A DNA stretch of 38,949 bases from Pseudomonadota bacterium (GCA_002704665.1 PAHB01000075.1:1-38949); one strand, 5' to 3'; counted from the stretch's first letter, positions 17,324 to 26,545 are shown. Numbers and translations: made by a program. The notes: generated by a model from the letters alone, not told the origin.

Positions 17324-18580
17324 ATGGATTTTGATTTTTCACCGAAAGTGCAACAACTTCGTGAGAAGCTACTCGATTTCATGGATGAAAATATTTACCC
17401 GAATGAGCAGCGGTTTTTGGAGGAAGTGGCCAAGAACCGTAGTGAAAAAAACAATCCTTGGTTACCAACCGAAGTCGTTGAAGGGTTAAAGCCGAAAGCG
17501 CGTGATATTGGGCTTTGGAATTTGTGGCAACCCAAGGATCATGGAGGCCAACTAACGAATTTAGAGTACGCGCCGTTGTGCGAAATCATGGGTCGAATGC
17601 AGTGGGCATCTGAAGTCTTCAACTGTTCTGCTCCAGACACAGGAAATATGGAAACTCTTCTTAGATACGGTACCGAGGAACAGCAAAACAAATGGCTTAT
17701 GCCAATATTGAATGGTGAGAGTAGATCAGCTTTTCTGATGACAGAGCCGCAAGTAGCTTCATCGGACGCTACAAACATTGAGTGTCTTATCAAAAGAGAC
17801 GGAGACGAGTACGTTATCAACGGTGAAAAATGGTGGTCTTCAGGTGCGGGGGATCCTCGGTGTAATATATTTATAGTCATGGGAAAAACAGATCCGGATG
17901 CCAGTCGCCACACGCAGCAATCAATGGTGCTTGTACCAGCTGATTCCAAGGGTGTAAAAATAGAAAGGGCTCTGTCGGTTTTTAATTACGATGATGCTCC
18001 GCATGGACATATGCAGGTCACCCTAAGGGACGTCAGAGTCCCGCAGGCCAATATACTTTTGGGAGAAGGGCGAGGTTTTGAGATTGCCCAGGGTAGGTTA
18101 GGTCCGGGTAGAATTCATCATTGTATGCGTATAATTGGTCAGGCAGAGAGAGCACTCGAGCTGATGTGCAAAAGATTAAAGGCGAGAGTGGCGTTCGGTA
18201 AGCCAGTTGTCGAACAATCTATTTGGCATGAGCGTATTGCGGAATCAAGAATTATGATAGAGCAGGCAAGACTTCTTACATTGAAAGCTGCTCATATGAT
18301 GGATACAGTTGGAAACAAAGTGGCTAAAGCAGAGATTGCAATGATCAAGGTTTTAGCGCCTAACATGGCCCAACAGATAATGGATTGGGCGATACAGGCC
18401 TATGGAGGGGGTGGACTGAGTCAGGACTCGCCGCTAGCTAGCATGTTTTCCCATAATCGAATTCTGCGTCTTGCAGATGGACCAGACGAGGTTCACCGCC
18501 GAACAATCGCCAGATTAGAGCTTTCCAAGCAATACATGGAAGAAAAAAAGGATATTCATGACAATAAAACGTACCTTTGA
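17324..18580 (+). CDS. acyl-CoA dehydrogenase, ACAD10/11 (FadE2)-like
   Basis: 418 aa with the N-terminus [29 protein letters not shown] and the C-terminal [16 protein letters not shown] block typical of this subfamily. AAGGAG lies upstream of the ATG. Confidence 0.85.
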   Translation: MDFDFSPKVQQLREKLLDFMDENIYPNEQRFLEEVAKNRSEKNNPWLPTEVVEGLKPKARDIGLWNLWQPKDHGGQLTNLEYAPLCEIMGRMQWASEVFNCSAPDTGNMETLLRYGTEEQQNKWLMPILNGESRSAFLMTEPQVASSDATNIECLIKRDGDEYVINGEKWWSSGAGDPRCNIFIVMGKTDPDASRHTQQSMVLVPADSKGVKIERALSVFNYDDAPHGHMQVTLRDVRVPQANILLGEGRGFEIAQGRLGPGRIHHCMRIIGQAERALELMCKRLKARVAFGKPVVEQSIWHERIAESRIMIEQARLLTLKAAHMMDTVGNKVAKAEIAMIKVLAPNMAQQIMDWAIQAYGGGGLSQDSPLASMFSHNRILRLADGPDEVHRRTIARLELSKQYMEEKKDIHDNKTYL

Positions 18581-18650
18581 TATTTGGTCTATTTGGTAGC
18601 TGGATATGACTTAAGTATCTAAATAACTTTGGAAATTTTTTTTTTTAATA

Positions 18651-18673
18651 TTTATTCTCTAAAAGAGAATGAG
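18651..18673. repeat. hairpin motif copy A (TTTATTCTC-loop-AGAGAATG)
   Basis: ATTCTCT (18654-18660) pairs with AGAGAAT (18664-18670) around an AAA loop. The flanks share sequence with copy B at 23531-23552. Confidence 0.5.
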
Positions 18674-18751
18674 TATCATTAAAAAAAACAATTAAAAACA
18701 AGGCGTTCTACAGTTTTGTATATCTTGAAACCAATGCAAAGTTGGTGTACC

Positions 18752-18793
18752 TTGCTTGTCATAACTAGGAATAGTTATAACTTTAAAGTTATA
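18752..18793 (+). promoter_or_regulatory. candidate sigma70 promoter overlapped by nested palindromic operator-like sites upstream of iorA
   Basis: TTGCTT (18752-18757), an 18-nt spacer, then TATAAC (18776-18781). Inverted repeat ATAACTA-GGAA-TAGTTAT at 18761-18778. Perfect 18-bp palindrome TATAACTTTAAAGTTATA at 18776-18793, about 50 nt before the iorA ATG. Confidence 0.3.
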
Positions 18794-18842
18794 TTTTAAT
18801 AAAACGAAATAAAAACCACCTGCTTGAAAGGGGGAGTTACAA

Positions 18843-19292
18843 ATGAAAATAAGTTTCCGTCTTAATGGGAAGCGAACTAGTGTCGATGTTGCTCCAGACA
18901 CCCCGTTGCTATGGGTTGTTAGAGACACGTTAGGCATGACAGGTACCAAATTTGGTTGTGGTAAAGCCTTATGCGGTGCGTGTACAGTTCATCTAAATGG
19001 TATGGCAGTTCGTTCATGCCAAACACAAATTGGTTCCGTCGCTGGTCAAAAAGTTACGACTATAGAAGGCCTCGGAGGGAATCATAAAGTACAACGTGCA
19101 TGGATGGCTTTGGACGTTCCACAATGTGGTTACTGTCAGTCAGGTCAGCAAATGCAGGCTGCAGCTCTGTTAGCAAACAATAGGAATCCTAACGACCAAG
19201 ACATCGACGCTTGGATGTCGGGAAATCTATGCCGCTGTGGTACTTATCCTCGTATTCGCGCCGCCATTAAGGCAGCTGCGAAGATGTCCTAA
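18843..19292 (+). CDS. iorA: (2Fe-2S)-binding small subunit of an IorAB/aldehyde oxidoreductase-type molybdoenzyme
   Basis: 149 aa with two [2Fe-2S] cysteine clusters: [12 protein letters not shown], and QCGYCQSGQ ... CRCGTY. GGGGGAG Shine-Dalgarno upstream. Confidence 0.85.
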   Translation: MKISFRLNGKRTSVDVAPDTPLLWVVRDTLGMTGTKFGCGKALCGACTVHLNGMAVRSCQTQIGSVAGQKVTTIEGLGGNHKVQRAWMALDVPQCGYCQSGQQMQAAALLANNRNPNDQDIDAWMSGNLCRCGTYPRIRAAIKAAAKMS

Positions 19293-19304
19293 GGAGGCTA
19301 AGAA

Positions 19305-21527
19305 ATGGGAAAAATGGAAAATGTTTTAAAAAATGAAAATCGCCGTGACTTTTTAAAAGCAAGTGGAGCTGGAGTTGGTGGGTTGGCTTTAGGTTTTTCA
19401 CTCCAACTCGGACCTAAGATTGCTCAGGCTGCGACTAGTCACTCTCCAAACGCATGGATCAAGATAGGAACCGACAACTCGGTTACGATCATGGTTGCTC
19501 GTTCCGAGATGGGTCAAGACGTCTACACATCTATGCCGATGTTGGTGGCTGAAGAGTTGAACGTGGATCTTAACAAGGTCAATGTGGAATTCGCTCCTCC
19601 GGCTGAGGTATACATCAACGCGCTACTTGGTGGTCAGTTGACTGGTGGATCAACCTCAGTTCGTGATGCATGGGAAAAGCTGCGTAAAGCTGGAGCCTCA
19701 GCTCGTATGATGCTAATCGCCGCTGCTGCTGACGAGTGGGGTGTGGACGCAGGGAAATGTTCTGCTGAAAACGGTGTTGTCAAAGGGCCCGGAGGGAAAA
19801 AGGCTAAATATGGAGACTTAGCTGAAAAAGCGTCTTCTATGGAAGTTCCCAAAGAGGTTCCATTAAAGCCTAAGAGCGAGTGGAAATTTATCGGAAACGT
19901 TAAACAAGCTCGCCTGGATACCAAGGCGAAAGTTTTGGGTACAGCAGGGTTTGGAATTGATACCCGTGTTCCTGGGATGTTATATGCTGCTGTTTGGATG
20001 CCTCCGCAAACTATGGGTGCAAAGGTAACCTCATATGACGACTCCAGAGCCAAAAATGTCCCTGGTGTTAAAGCAGTGGTTCAATACAGCCGTGGAGTGG
20101 CCGTTGTTGCGGATAGCTATTGGACTGCGAAAAAAGCCAAAGATATGCTCAATGTAAAATATGATGCCGGTCCAAATGGCAGCAAGGATATGGGCATGAT
20201 CTGGGAGGAGCTTGAATTAGGCGCTGTTGAGCCAGGGGTGACATTCAGAGAATCTGGCAATGCAGACGAGGGTATGGCAAAAGCCTCCAAGACAGTTGAG
20301 GCTGAGTATCGCTTACCGTTTAAGTCACACTCTCCATTGGAGCCACAAAACACGATGGCTGACGTTAGGAGTGACAAAGCAATAATTATCACACCAACTC
20401 AGTTCCAACAGATCGTTCCACACGTGGTTTCCGGTGCCATCGGATTAAAGCCTGAACAAATCGAGGTCCATACTACCTTTTTAGGAGGCGGCTTTGGTCG
20501 TAGGGTCGAGACTGACTATTGTATTGACGCTGCTGAAATTTCAAAAGCAGTTGGCGCCCCAGTTCAAATGATCTGGAGTCGCGAGGACGACATGATGCAT
20601 GATTCCTATAGTCCTGGTGGAATATACAAACTTAATGCAGGACTAGATTCCAGCGGAAAAATGGCTGCCATGACTTACAAGGCAACTAGTCCGTCGATCT
20701 CGGCTGTATTATTCCCAAGTCTCGTGAAGGACGGTATCGATCCTTTTGCAGTTGAAGGAATCGATAACTTCCCTTACGCAACTCCGGATATGAAGTTTAC
20801 TTACCAATTAACCGATGTTGGTGTTAGACCTGGTTACTGGAGAGCTGTATCGCACAACAATAACGTGCCAGCTTTGGAAAGCTTTGTAGACGAGTGTGCA
20901 CTTGCTGCGGGTCAGGATCCTATCGATTACAGAATGTCGCAATTCGATATGGATGAGTCCGGTGCCAAGAAACACAAATGGTCAGGCCTCTCTTCAGGCA
21001 TCGCTGAAGGCAAGCGTATGAAGAAGGTGCTCGAGGAAGTGCGCAAGAAGTCCAACTGGGGTAAGAAAATGCCTGCAGGTAAAGGTCAAGGTGTAGCAAT
21101 AATGGAGGGTTACAACACCGTTATCGCTGCCGTCGCTGAAGTGTCTGTTGATTCTTCGAATGTAGTTACATTGGAGAAAATTACTTCTGTGGTTGACGCT
21201 GGACAATTGGTCCATCCGGATCAGGCACTAGCTCAAATGACGTCGTGCTTTGTGTATGGAATGTGCGCAGGTATGTACAGTGAGATCACTATACGTGATG
21301 GTGCTACCGAGCAAGATAACTTTGATACTTACCGTTTGGCGAGAATGAACGAGGTTCCAAAGGTTATGGATATTCACTTCATGCCGAGTGACGGTAGCTT
21401 TGTCGGAGGTCTCAGTGAGCCAGGTACAGCCGTGATCGTGCCCGCAATAGCCAACGCTGTATTTGCTGCTACAGGTAAGCGTGTTAGAGAGTTTCCGCTT
21501 ACCCCGGAGCGCATCACAGCAGCCTAA
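19305..21527 (+). CDS. iorB: molybdopterin-binding large subunit (isoquinoline 1-oxidoreductase beta / aldehyde oxidoreductase type), Tat-exported
   Basis: 740 aa with the twin-arginine signal NRRDFLKASGAGVGGLALG. The size and gene order after the 2Fe-2S subunit are typical of IorB. Confidence 0.85.
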   Translation: MGKMENVLKNENRRDFLKASGAGVGGLALGFSLQLGPKIAQAATSHSPNAWIKIGTDNSVTIMVARSEMGQDVYTSMPMLVAEELNVDLNKVNVEFAPPAEVYINALLGGQLTGGSTSVRDAWEKLRKAGASARMMLIAAAADEWGVDAGKCSAENGVVKGPGGKKAKYGDLAEKASSMEVPKEVPLKPKSEWKFIGNVKQARLDTKAKVLGTAGFGIDTRVPGMLYAAVWMPPQTMGAKVTSYDDSRAKNVPGVKAVVQYSRGVAVVADSYWTAKKAKDMLNVKYDAGPNGSKDMGMIWEELELGAVEPGVTFRESGNADEGMAKASKTVEAEYRLPFKSHSPLEPQNTMADVRSDKAIIITPTQFQQIVPHVVSGAIGLKPEQIEVHTTFLGGGFGRRVETDYCIDAAEISKAVGAPVQMIWSREDDMMHDSYSPGGIYKLNAGLDSSGKMAAMTYKATSPSISAVLFPSLVKDGIDPFAVEGIDNFPYATPDMKFTYQLTDVGVRPGYWRAVSHNNNVPALESFVDECALAAGQDPIDYRMSQFDMDESGAKKHKWSGLSSGIAEGKRMKKVLEEVRKKSNWGKKMPAGKGQGVAIMEGYNTVIAAVAEVSVDSSNVVTLEKITSVVDAGQLVHPDQALAQMTSCFVYGMCAGMYSEITIRDGATEQDNFDTYRLARMNEVPKVMDIHFMPSDGSFVGGLSEPGTAVIVPAIANAVFAATGKRVREFPLTPERITAA

Positions 21528-21584
21528 AAGAAATCTAGACTATCAGTTGTTTTGAAATCTAGGTAGAAAAAGTAGTGACTAAAA

Positions 21585-21619
21585 CCCCCGAGCCAAAAGC
21601 TTGGGGGTTTTTTTTTTTT
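21585..21619 (+). terminator. rho-independent terminator after iorB
   Basis: The CCCCCGAGC / GCTTGGGGG stem has 9 bp (one G-U pair) with a CAAAA loop, followed by a run of 12 T (21608-21619). An A-run precedes the stem, so it could act in both directions. Confidence 0.85.
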
Positions 21620-21672
21620 GAAATAAATGTGTTATCGTCATAATTATGGTTTAGTTAGAAACGGGTGGATTT

Positions 21673-22701
21673 ATGGATAGTGTTGACCAGCAAGTTTTGA
21701 GAAATAGTGTTTCTTGGTTTAAAGATGGTTACAAAGTGGTCCTGGCTACTATAGTTGATACTTGGGGTTCCTCGCCGAGGCCTCCGGGAGCAATGTTGGC
21801 AATTCGTGGCGATGGACAGGTAGTGGGTTCAGTATCAGGTGGATGTGTCGAGGACGACTTGATCGCCAAGATTAAGGAAAACTCATTGTCGATAGCAAAA
21901 CCTACTTTAACCCTTTATGGTGTTACAAAAGCGGAGGCGCAAAAATTTGGTTTACCCTGTGGAGGAACCTTGAAAATAGTTTTAGAGCCACTTACGAAGG
22001 ATTCCTTGGTGAGCGAATTGCTTGAGCGCGTAGAACGTCAAGAACTAACAAAGCGGACTCTCAATATGGAGACTGGTGAAGTTAAGCTAGGATTTGCGAA
22101 CAGAGATGACGTATTAACGGCTGATGAGAAGTTTTTGTCAACACTACATGGTCCCAGGTGGAGATTATTGATTATTGGGGCAGGTCAGTTATCTGAATAT
22201 ATCGCTCAAATGGCGGAAGCGCTCGATTATTACGTTACCGTTTGCGATCCGCGCTCCGAGTATTCCGCTGGTTGGTCGGTAGGAGGCTCTACATTAACAA
22301 AAGAAATGCCTGACGATGTTGTTAACGCGTTGAATGTTGACGTTCATACAGCTGTAATCGCCGTTACTCATGATCCGAAGCTAGACGATCTCGCTCTTAT
22401 GGAAGCCCTAAAATCTCCAGCATTTTACGTTGGAGCCTTGGGATCCCGTGTAACTAGCTTGCAAAGAAGAAAGAGATTGGCTTTATTCGATTTAACAGAA
22501 GATGAATTAGATCGTCTCCATGGTCCTGTGGGTTTAAGAATCGGGGGGAAAACACCACCCGAAATAGCGGTTTCGATCCTGGCTGAAATGACAGCGGTTC
22601 GTCATGGAGTTGCTCTGGAAACTATTGGCACAAAGGCCAGCAAAAGCATTACAGCTGAGGCTAAGTCTGAAGTTTTTGAGGTAGAGCCGAACTTGGCTTG
22701 A
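21673..22701 (+). CDS. xdhC: XdhC family molybdoenzyme maturation/accessory protein
   Basis: 342 aa with the N-terminal XdhC/CoxI block GSSPRPPGAMLAI...GSVSGGCVE and a Rossmann-like LLIIGAGQLSEYIAQMA. Confidence 0.85.
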   Translation: MDSVDQQVLRNSVSWFKDGYKVVLATIVDTWGSSPRPPGAMLAIRGDGQVVGSVSGGCVEDDLIAKIKENSLSIAKPTLTLYGVTKAEAQKFGLPCGGTLKIVLEPLTKDSLVSELLERVERQELTKRTLNMETGEVKLGFANRDDVLTADEKFLSTLHGPRWRLLIIGAGQLSEYIAQMAEALDYYVTVCDPRSEYSAGWSVGGSTLTKEMPDDVVNALNVDVHTAVIAVTHDPKLDDLALMEALKSPAFYVGALGSRVTSLQRRKRLALFDLTEDELDRLHGPVGLRIGGKTPPEIAVSILAEMTAVRHGVALETIGTKASKSITAEAKSEVFEVEPNLA

Positions 22702-22755
22702 GTCGTTAATGAGATTTTGCACGACAGGCTAATTGATATTTGGGAGTACGAAATA

Positions 22756-23514
22756 ATGCGGTTAAAAAATAAAATAGCGATCGTTACAGGAGGTGCATCG
22801 GGCTTTGGGGAAGGAATCGCAATACGGTTCGCCAAGGAGGGATGTAAGGTTGTTATTAACGATATTAACAAATCTGGCGGTGAGGCAGTAGCGAAAAATG
22901 TAAGATCAAATGGAGGGGAAGCTATCTTTGTCGAAGGGGATATCTCGACAAATGACGGGTGGAAGGTTTTAGTTTCGAGAACCCTAGAAGAATATCAGTC
23001 TTTTAATATCGTGGTAAACAATGCTGGATTTACGCATAAAAATCAGTCGATGTTTACGGTTCCAGAGGAGGACTTTGACCGAATATATTCTGTTAATGTT
23101 AAAAGCCTTTATTGGAGTGTAAAAAATGTGACCCCAGTATTAGAAAATTCTGATGGGGCCGTTATGATCACGGTAGCATCTGTCGCGGGTATCAGGCCTC
23201 GTCCGGGTCTTACATGGTATAATGGTAGTAAAGCGGCAGCCATTATCACTAGCCGATCGATGGCTGTAGAGCTAGCACCTAAAAAAATTAGGGTAAATGT
23301 TATAAATCCTGTAATGGGCGAGACGGCGATGTTGGAGGATTTTATGGGAATGGAAGATACTCCTGAAAATAGAGAGAAGTTTTTGAGCACTATCCCCTTA
23401 GGTAGATTAGCGCGCGCTAGCGACGTAGCTAATGCTGCTCTTTATCTCGCATCAGATGAAGCTGAACTAATCACAGGAGCATGTATTGAAGTTGACGGAG
23501 GTCGAACCATCTAG
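22756..23514 (+). CDS. SDR family oxidoreductase
   Basis: TGGASGFGEGIA, NNAG and YNGSKAA motifs. The ATG at 22756 has GGGAG 9 nt upstream. The ORF track's ATG at 22717 adds an atypical 13-aa extension. Confidence 0.85.
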   Translation: MRLKNKIAIVTGGASGFGEGIAIRFAKEGCKVVINDINKSGGEAVAKNVRSNGGEAIFVEGDISTNDGWKVLVSRTLEEYQSFNIVVNNAGFTHKNQSMFTVPEEDFDRIYSVNVKSLYWSVKNVTPVLENSDGAVMITVASVAGIRPRPGLTWYNGSKAAAIITSRSMAVELAPKKIRVNVINPVMGETAMLEDFMGMEDTPENREKFLSTIPLGRLARASDVANAALYLASDEAELITGACIEVDGGRTI

Positions 23515-23530
23515 AAAAAAACCGATGGGG

Positions 23531-23552
23531 TTTATTCTCCGTCAAGAGAATG
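23531..23552. repeat. hairpin motif copy B (TTTATTCTC-loop-AGAGAATG)
   Basis: ATTCTC (23534-23539) pairs with GAGAAT (23546-23551) around the loop CGTCAA, which contains the gcdH stop codon. It lies between the convergent SDR and gcdH genes. Confidence 0.5.
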
Positions 23553-24726
23553 CCTGTATTCCGGTTTGCGACCTACCTAAAATAAGGGCATGGATATCGT
23601 GAGTTCCCTCGTAGGTATTTACTGCCTCTAGATTAAGGACGTGTCGAATGACATGATATTCGTCTGATATCCCGTTTCCTCCATGCATATCTCGCGATAC
23701 CCGCGCGATGTCTAATGCTTTTCCACAACTGTTCCGCTTCACTAGAGAGATCATTTCTGGCGTAGCCTGGCCTTTGTCCATTAATCTTCCTACCCTAAGA
23801 ACAGATTGTAGTCCAAGTGAAATTTCAGTTTGAAAATTAGCTAGTTTAAATTGAATTAATTGGTTCGAAGCAAGAGGTTTTCCAAACGCTTTTCTCTCCA
23901 TAGTGTAGTTACGAGCCGCAATCCAGCAAAATTCAGCTGCACCGAGTGCGCCCCATGATATACCGTATCTAGCTTTATTGAGGCATCCGAAGGGTCCTTT
24001 TAGGCCGCTAACTTTTGGCAAAAGACCAGCGTCAGGGACAAAAACATTGTCCATGACAATCTCTCCCGTTACAGAAGTTCGGAGACTGAATTTTCCTTCT
24101 ATTTTTGGTGTGGTCAAGCCCTTCATCTCCCGCTCTAAGACAAATCCCTTTATCTTATTGTCGAGTTTGGCCCAAACTATGAAGATATCAGCAATGGGTG
24201 AATTGGTTATCCACATTTTTGAACCATTTAATAAATATCCATCATTTACTTTCTTTGCCGTTGTGAGCATCCCACCCGCATCCGACCCGAAATCTGGTTC
24301 CGTGAGCCCAAACGCACCAATGTGTTCGCCAGATGCTAGTTTAGGCAGATATTTTTGTTTTTGTTCTTCCGAACCGTAAGTGTAAATGGGGTACATCACG
24401 AGACTCGACTGCACACTCATCATTGATCTGTAGCCTGAATCAACCCGTTCAATCTCCCTGGCAATTAAACCATAAGAAACATGATTTACTCCCGCGCAAT
24501 CATAGCCTTTTAAGGTTGATCCAAGAAAGCCGAGTTCGCCAAACGATCTAAAAATATCTCTGTTAAAAAGTTCGTTCGCGTGCGCTTCTCTTACGTTGGG
24601 TAGAAGTTCATTTTGACAGAATTCACGAGCTGAATTTGCAACTAAGCGTTCTTCTTCAGTCAATTGGTCGCATAGTAAAAGGGCATCGTCCCATTGAAAA
24701 ACTTTTTGTTTGAAGGGTGCGTTCAT
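23542..24726 (-). CDS. gcdH: glutaryl-CoA dehydrogenase
   Basis: 394 aa with the N-terminus [20 protein letters not shown] and the C-terminal [16 protein letters not shown] block, which carries the canonical YEG catalytic Glu typical of GCDH. Confidence 0.85.
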   Translation of the reverse strand: MNAPFKQKVFQWDDALLLCDQLTEEERLVANSAREFCQNELLPNVREAHANELFNRDIFRSFGELGFLGSTLKGYDCAGVNHVSYGLIAREIERVDSGYRSMMSVQSSLVMYPIYTYGSEEQKQKYLPKLASGEHIGAFGLTEPDFGSDAGGMLTTAKKVNDGYLLNGSKMWITNSPIADIFIVWAKLDNKIKGFVLEREMKGLTTPKIEGKFSLRTSVTGEIVMDNVFVPDAGLLPKVSGLKGPFGCLNKARYGISWGALGAAEFCWIAARNYTMERKAFGKPLASNQLIQFKLANFQTEISLGLQSVLRVGRLMDKGQATPEMISLVKRNSCGKALDIARVSRDMHGGNGISDEYHVIRHVLNLEAVNTYEGTHDIHALILGRSQTGIQAFS

Positions 24727-24734
24727 AATGGCTC

Positions 24735-25538
24735 CTAATAATCCGTAAATTTTGTAGTTACTTTCCCATAAACTCCAAAATCACCTGTTAATTCAGTAGT
24801 ATCGATCAGTTGGATTGGAGTGATGCATGTTCCGGTTGTCACAATGTCATTCTTCCTGAGAAAATTGTCATGCGCTATTAATTCGTTTGCGATCCAGGTT
24901 AATGCTAGTAGTGGATCACCTAGAACATTTGATCCGATTCCTTTTGTAGGTGTTAGTTCATTATTTTGATAAGCCAAAACCTCGTGATTTACAAGATCCA
25001 ACTCCTCACCGTTTGTCTCAATCGGTTCTCCTAATATAAGAAATCCTGCGCACGCATTATCAGCGATAATTTGTTCCTGACCTTCGTTCAGAAAATGGTT
25101 AAACCTAGAATCGGGAATTTCCATCGTGGGTATTAAAGTATTGATCATTTGGCTAATTTCATTTTTCTTATATTTACTATCTTTAGGAGGTATATCTGTA
25201 GAAAGCTGAAATGCAAATTCTAATTCCGCCACTTTCAAAAGATTGGTTTTTAGATTAATCTCAGCTCCATTTTTTTTTATCTTTGACTTTAAAAGAGCGC
25301 CTGCTAATGGCCCATCTACGCCAATATGTTTTTGCCCTGACTTGCTCGTGGCTGCTATTTTCCATCCGACCTGATGGTCTCCAGACTTTTGGACTACCTG
25401 TCTTTGGACTAAGTAAGCATCCTCTTTCGATTTGGGTTTTAGGTTTTTCGGAAGCTCATCCATTTTTTTTCCTGCGTTCCAACAATCCCAGATCTTTTTT
25501 GCAGCAACATCTAAATTTTCATTCGACATTTCAAACAT
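24735..25538 (-). CDS. 2-oxopent-4-enoate / 2-oxohept-3-enedioate hydratase family protein (MhpD/HpaH-like)
   Basis: 267 aa, a length typical of HpaH/MhpD. The [10 protein letters not shown]...[26 protein letters not shown] pattern matches this hydratase/decarboxylase family. Confidence 0.7.
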   Translation of the reverse strand: MFEMSNENLDVAAKKIWDCWNAGKKMDELPKNLKPKSKEDAYLVQRQVVQKSGDHQVGWKIAATSKSGQKHIGVDGPLAGALLKSKIKKNGAEINLKTNLLKVAELEFAFQLSTDIPPKDSKYKKNEISQMINTLIPTMEIPDSRFNHFLNEGQEQIIADNACAGFLILGEPIETNGEELDLVNHEVLAYQNNELTPTKGIGSNVLGDPLLALTWIANELIAHDNFLRKNDIVTTGTCITPIQLIDTTELTGDFGVYGKVTTKFTDY

Positions 25539-25547
25539 AGATCTATA

Positions 25548-26531
25548 TCAACTCCCAATTGGTTCCCGTACAACATTTTTTGGAATAATGTTAAAACTAA
25601 TACTATCCAAATTGTGGGCTATTGCCTCACACCTTCGCTCGATCAGTCTCTCAGTCCATGCAGAAGAGTGAGGTGTCATCATAACATTATCCAAAAGACG
25701 AAAGTTAAAATCTGACGGTGCCTGCTTATCATTCCTTGATAGAGGGTATTTATACCATGTGTCAATAATGGCACCACCTATTATTTTTTCCTTGCAAGCC
25801 TGGTACAAGTCTTCCTCATCGATTAGCTCACCTCGAGCGATATTTATTATTACTCCGTTCTGCCCTATACATCTTAACTGCTCCAATTTAATAATTTTTT
25901 CCGTTGTTTTGTCCAGCGGAGTAGATAAAAGCACAAAATCGGATTCATCTAATAGAGAATCTAATTTTGTCATTGGCATAATATCATCATTGATTTCCTT
26001 TGCCTTTTTTGCAGTCCTGCTACATGAAATTATTTTCATACCGAAAGCTTTAGCACGAACTGCCACCTCCCTGCCAATTCTTCCATAACCGACTATACCC
26101 AGGGTTTGTCCGTATAGCTCCTTATGTGGCGGACCAAACAAATATGATCCATACCAGTCTCCATTTCTTAGCGCATTATCATGTTTATCTATATCAGTTA
26201 CCCACATTAGCATTGCAGCTAAAACATACTCGGAAATACTAATTTCATGTTCGTAAACATTACACACATAGGAATCCGGAGGTACCGAAAACAAATCTAC
26301 ACCGTTTGTGCCAGCTCCTTGGAGCTGCAGTAACTTTAGACGCGGTGCTGGAGGAAAACTTTCAGACCATGTCATCGATATAACAGCATCCGCGATTTTT
26401 AGTGCTTTTTTTAGCTCAAAATTATCATCAAAATCTACTGGTATTATCTTCCATTGGCTTTGCAGGTATTGAGGAATATATTTGTACCGTCCATTATCCT
26501 CATTTTTTTTTACTACTAAATTTTTCTCCAA
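25548..26531 (-). CDS. D-isomer-specific 2-hydroxyacid dehydrogenase family protein
   Basis: 327 aa with the NAD motif GIVGYGRIGREVA and the catalytic Arg/Glu/His contexts NIARGELID and TPHSSAWT. Confidence 0.8.
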   Translation of the reverse strand: MEKNLVVKKNEDNGRYKYIPQYLQSQWKIIPVDFDDNFELKKALKIADAVISMTWSESFPPAPRLKLLQLQGAGTNGVDLFSVPPDSYVCNVYEHEISISEYVLAAMLMWVTDIDKHDNALRNGDWYGSYLFGPPHKELYGQTLGIVGYGRIGREVAVRAKAFGMKIISCSRTAKKAKEINDDIMPMTKLDSLLDESDFVLLSTPLDKTTEKIIKLEQLRCIGQNGVIINIARGELIDEEDLYQACKEKIIGGAIIDTWYKYPLSRNDKQAPSDFNFRLLDNVMMTPHSSAWTERLIERRCEAIAHNLDSISFNIIPKNVVREPIGS

Positions 26532-26545
26532 TTGTGAATATATCC

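Noticed and set aside
18669-18695. An 8-codon mini-ORF (MSIIKKNN) starting inside hairpin copy A, and a 21-codon ORF at 18735-18800 crossing the palindromes. Both were considered as leader peptides for attenuation of iorAB.
   Set aside because: Neither has a convincing Shine-Dalgarno. Neither shows regulatory-codon enrichment related to any plausible signal. In AT-rich sequence such ORFs arise readily by chance.
18581-18842. A molybdenum-cofactor riboswitch upstream of the molybdoenzyme genes.
   Set aside because: The gap is extremely AT-rich and lacks the multi-helix, GC-containing structure I would expect for a Moco RNA motif. The only obvious helices are the short A/T palindromes. A covariance-model scan would settle it.
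18692-18949. An 85-aa minus-strand ORF spanning the iorA upstream gap and the iorA start.
   Set aside because: It overlaps the well-supported iorA start and Shine-Dalgarno. It runs through AT-rich non-coding sequence, and no family signal or ribosome-binding site is visible.
23515-23533. An A-run / short stem / T-run (AAACC-GATGG-GGTTT) between the convergent SDR and gcdH genes, considered as a bidirectional terminator.
   Set aside because: It has a 5-bp stem with only two G-C pairs, which is not distinguishable from chance. The adjacent repeated hairpin (23531-23552) is the better-supported structure.
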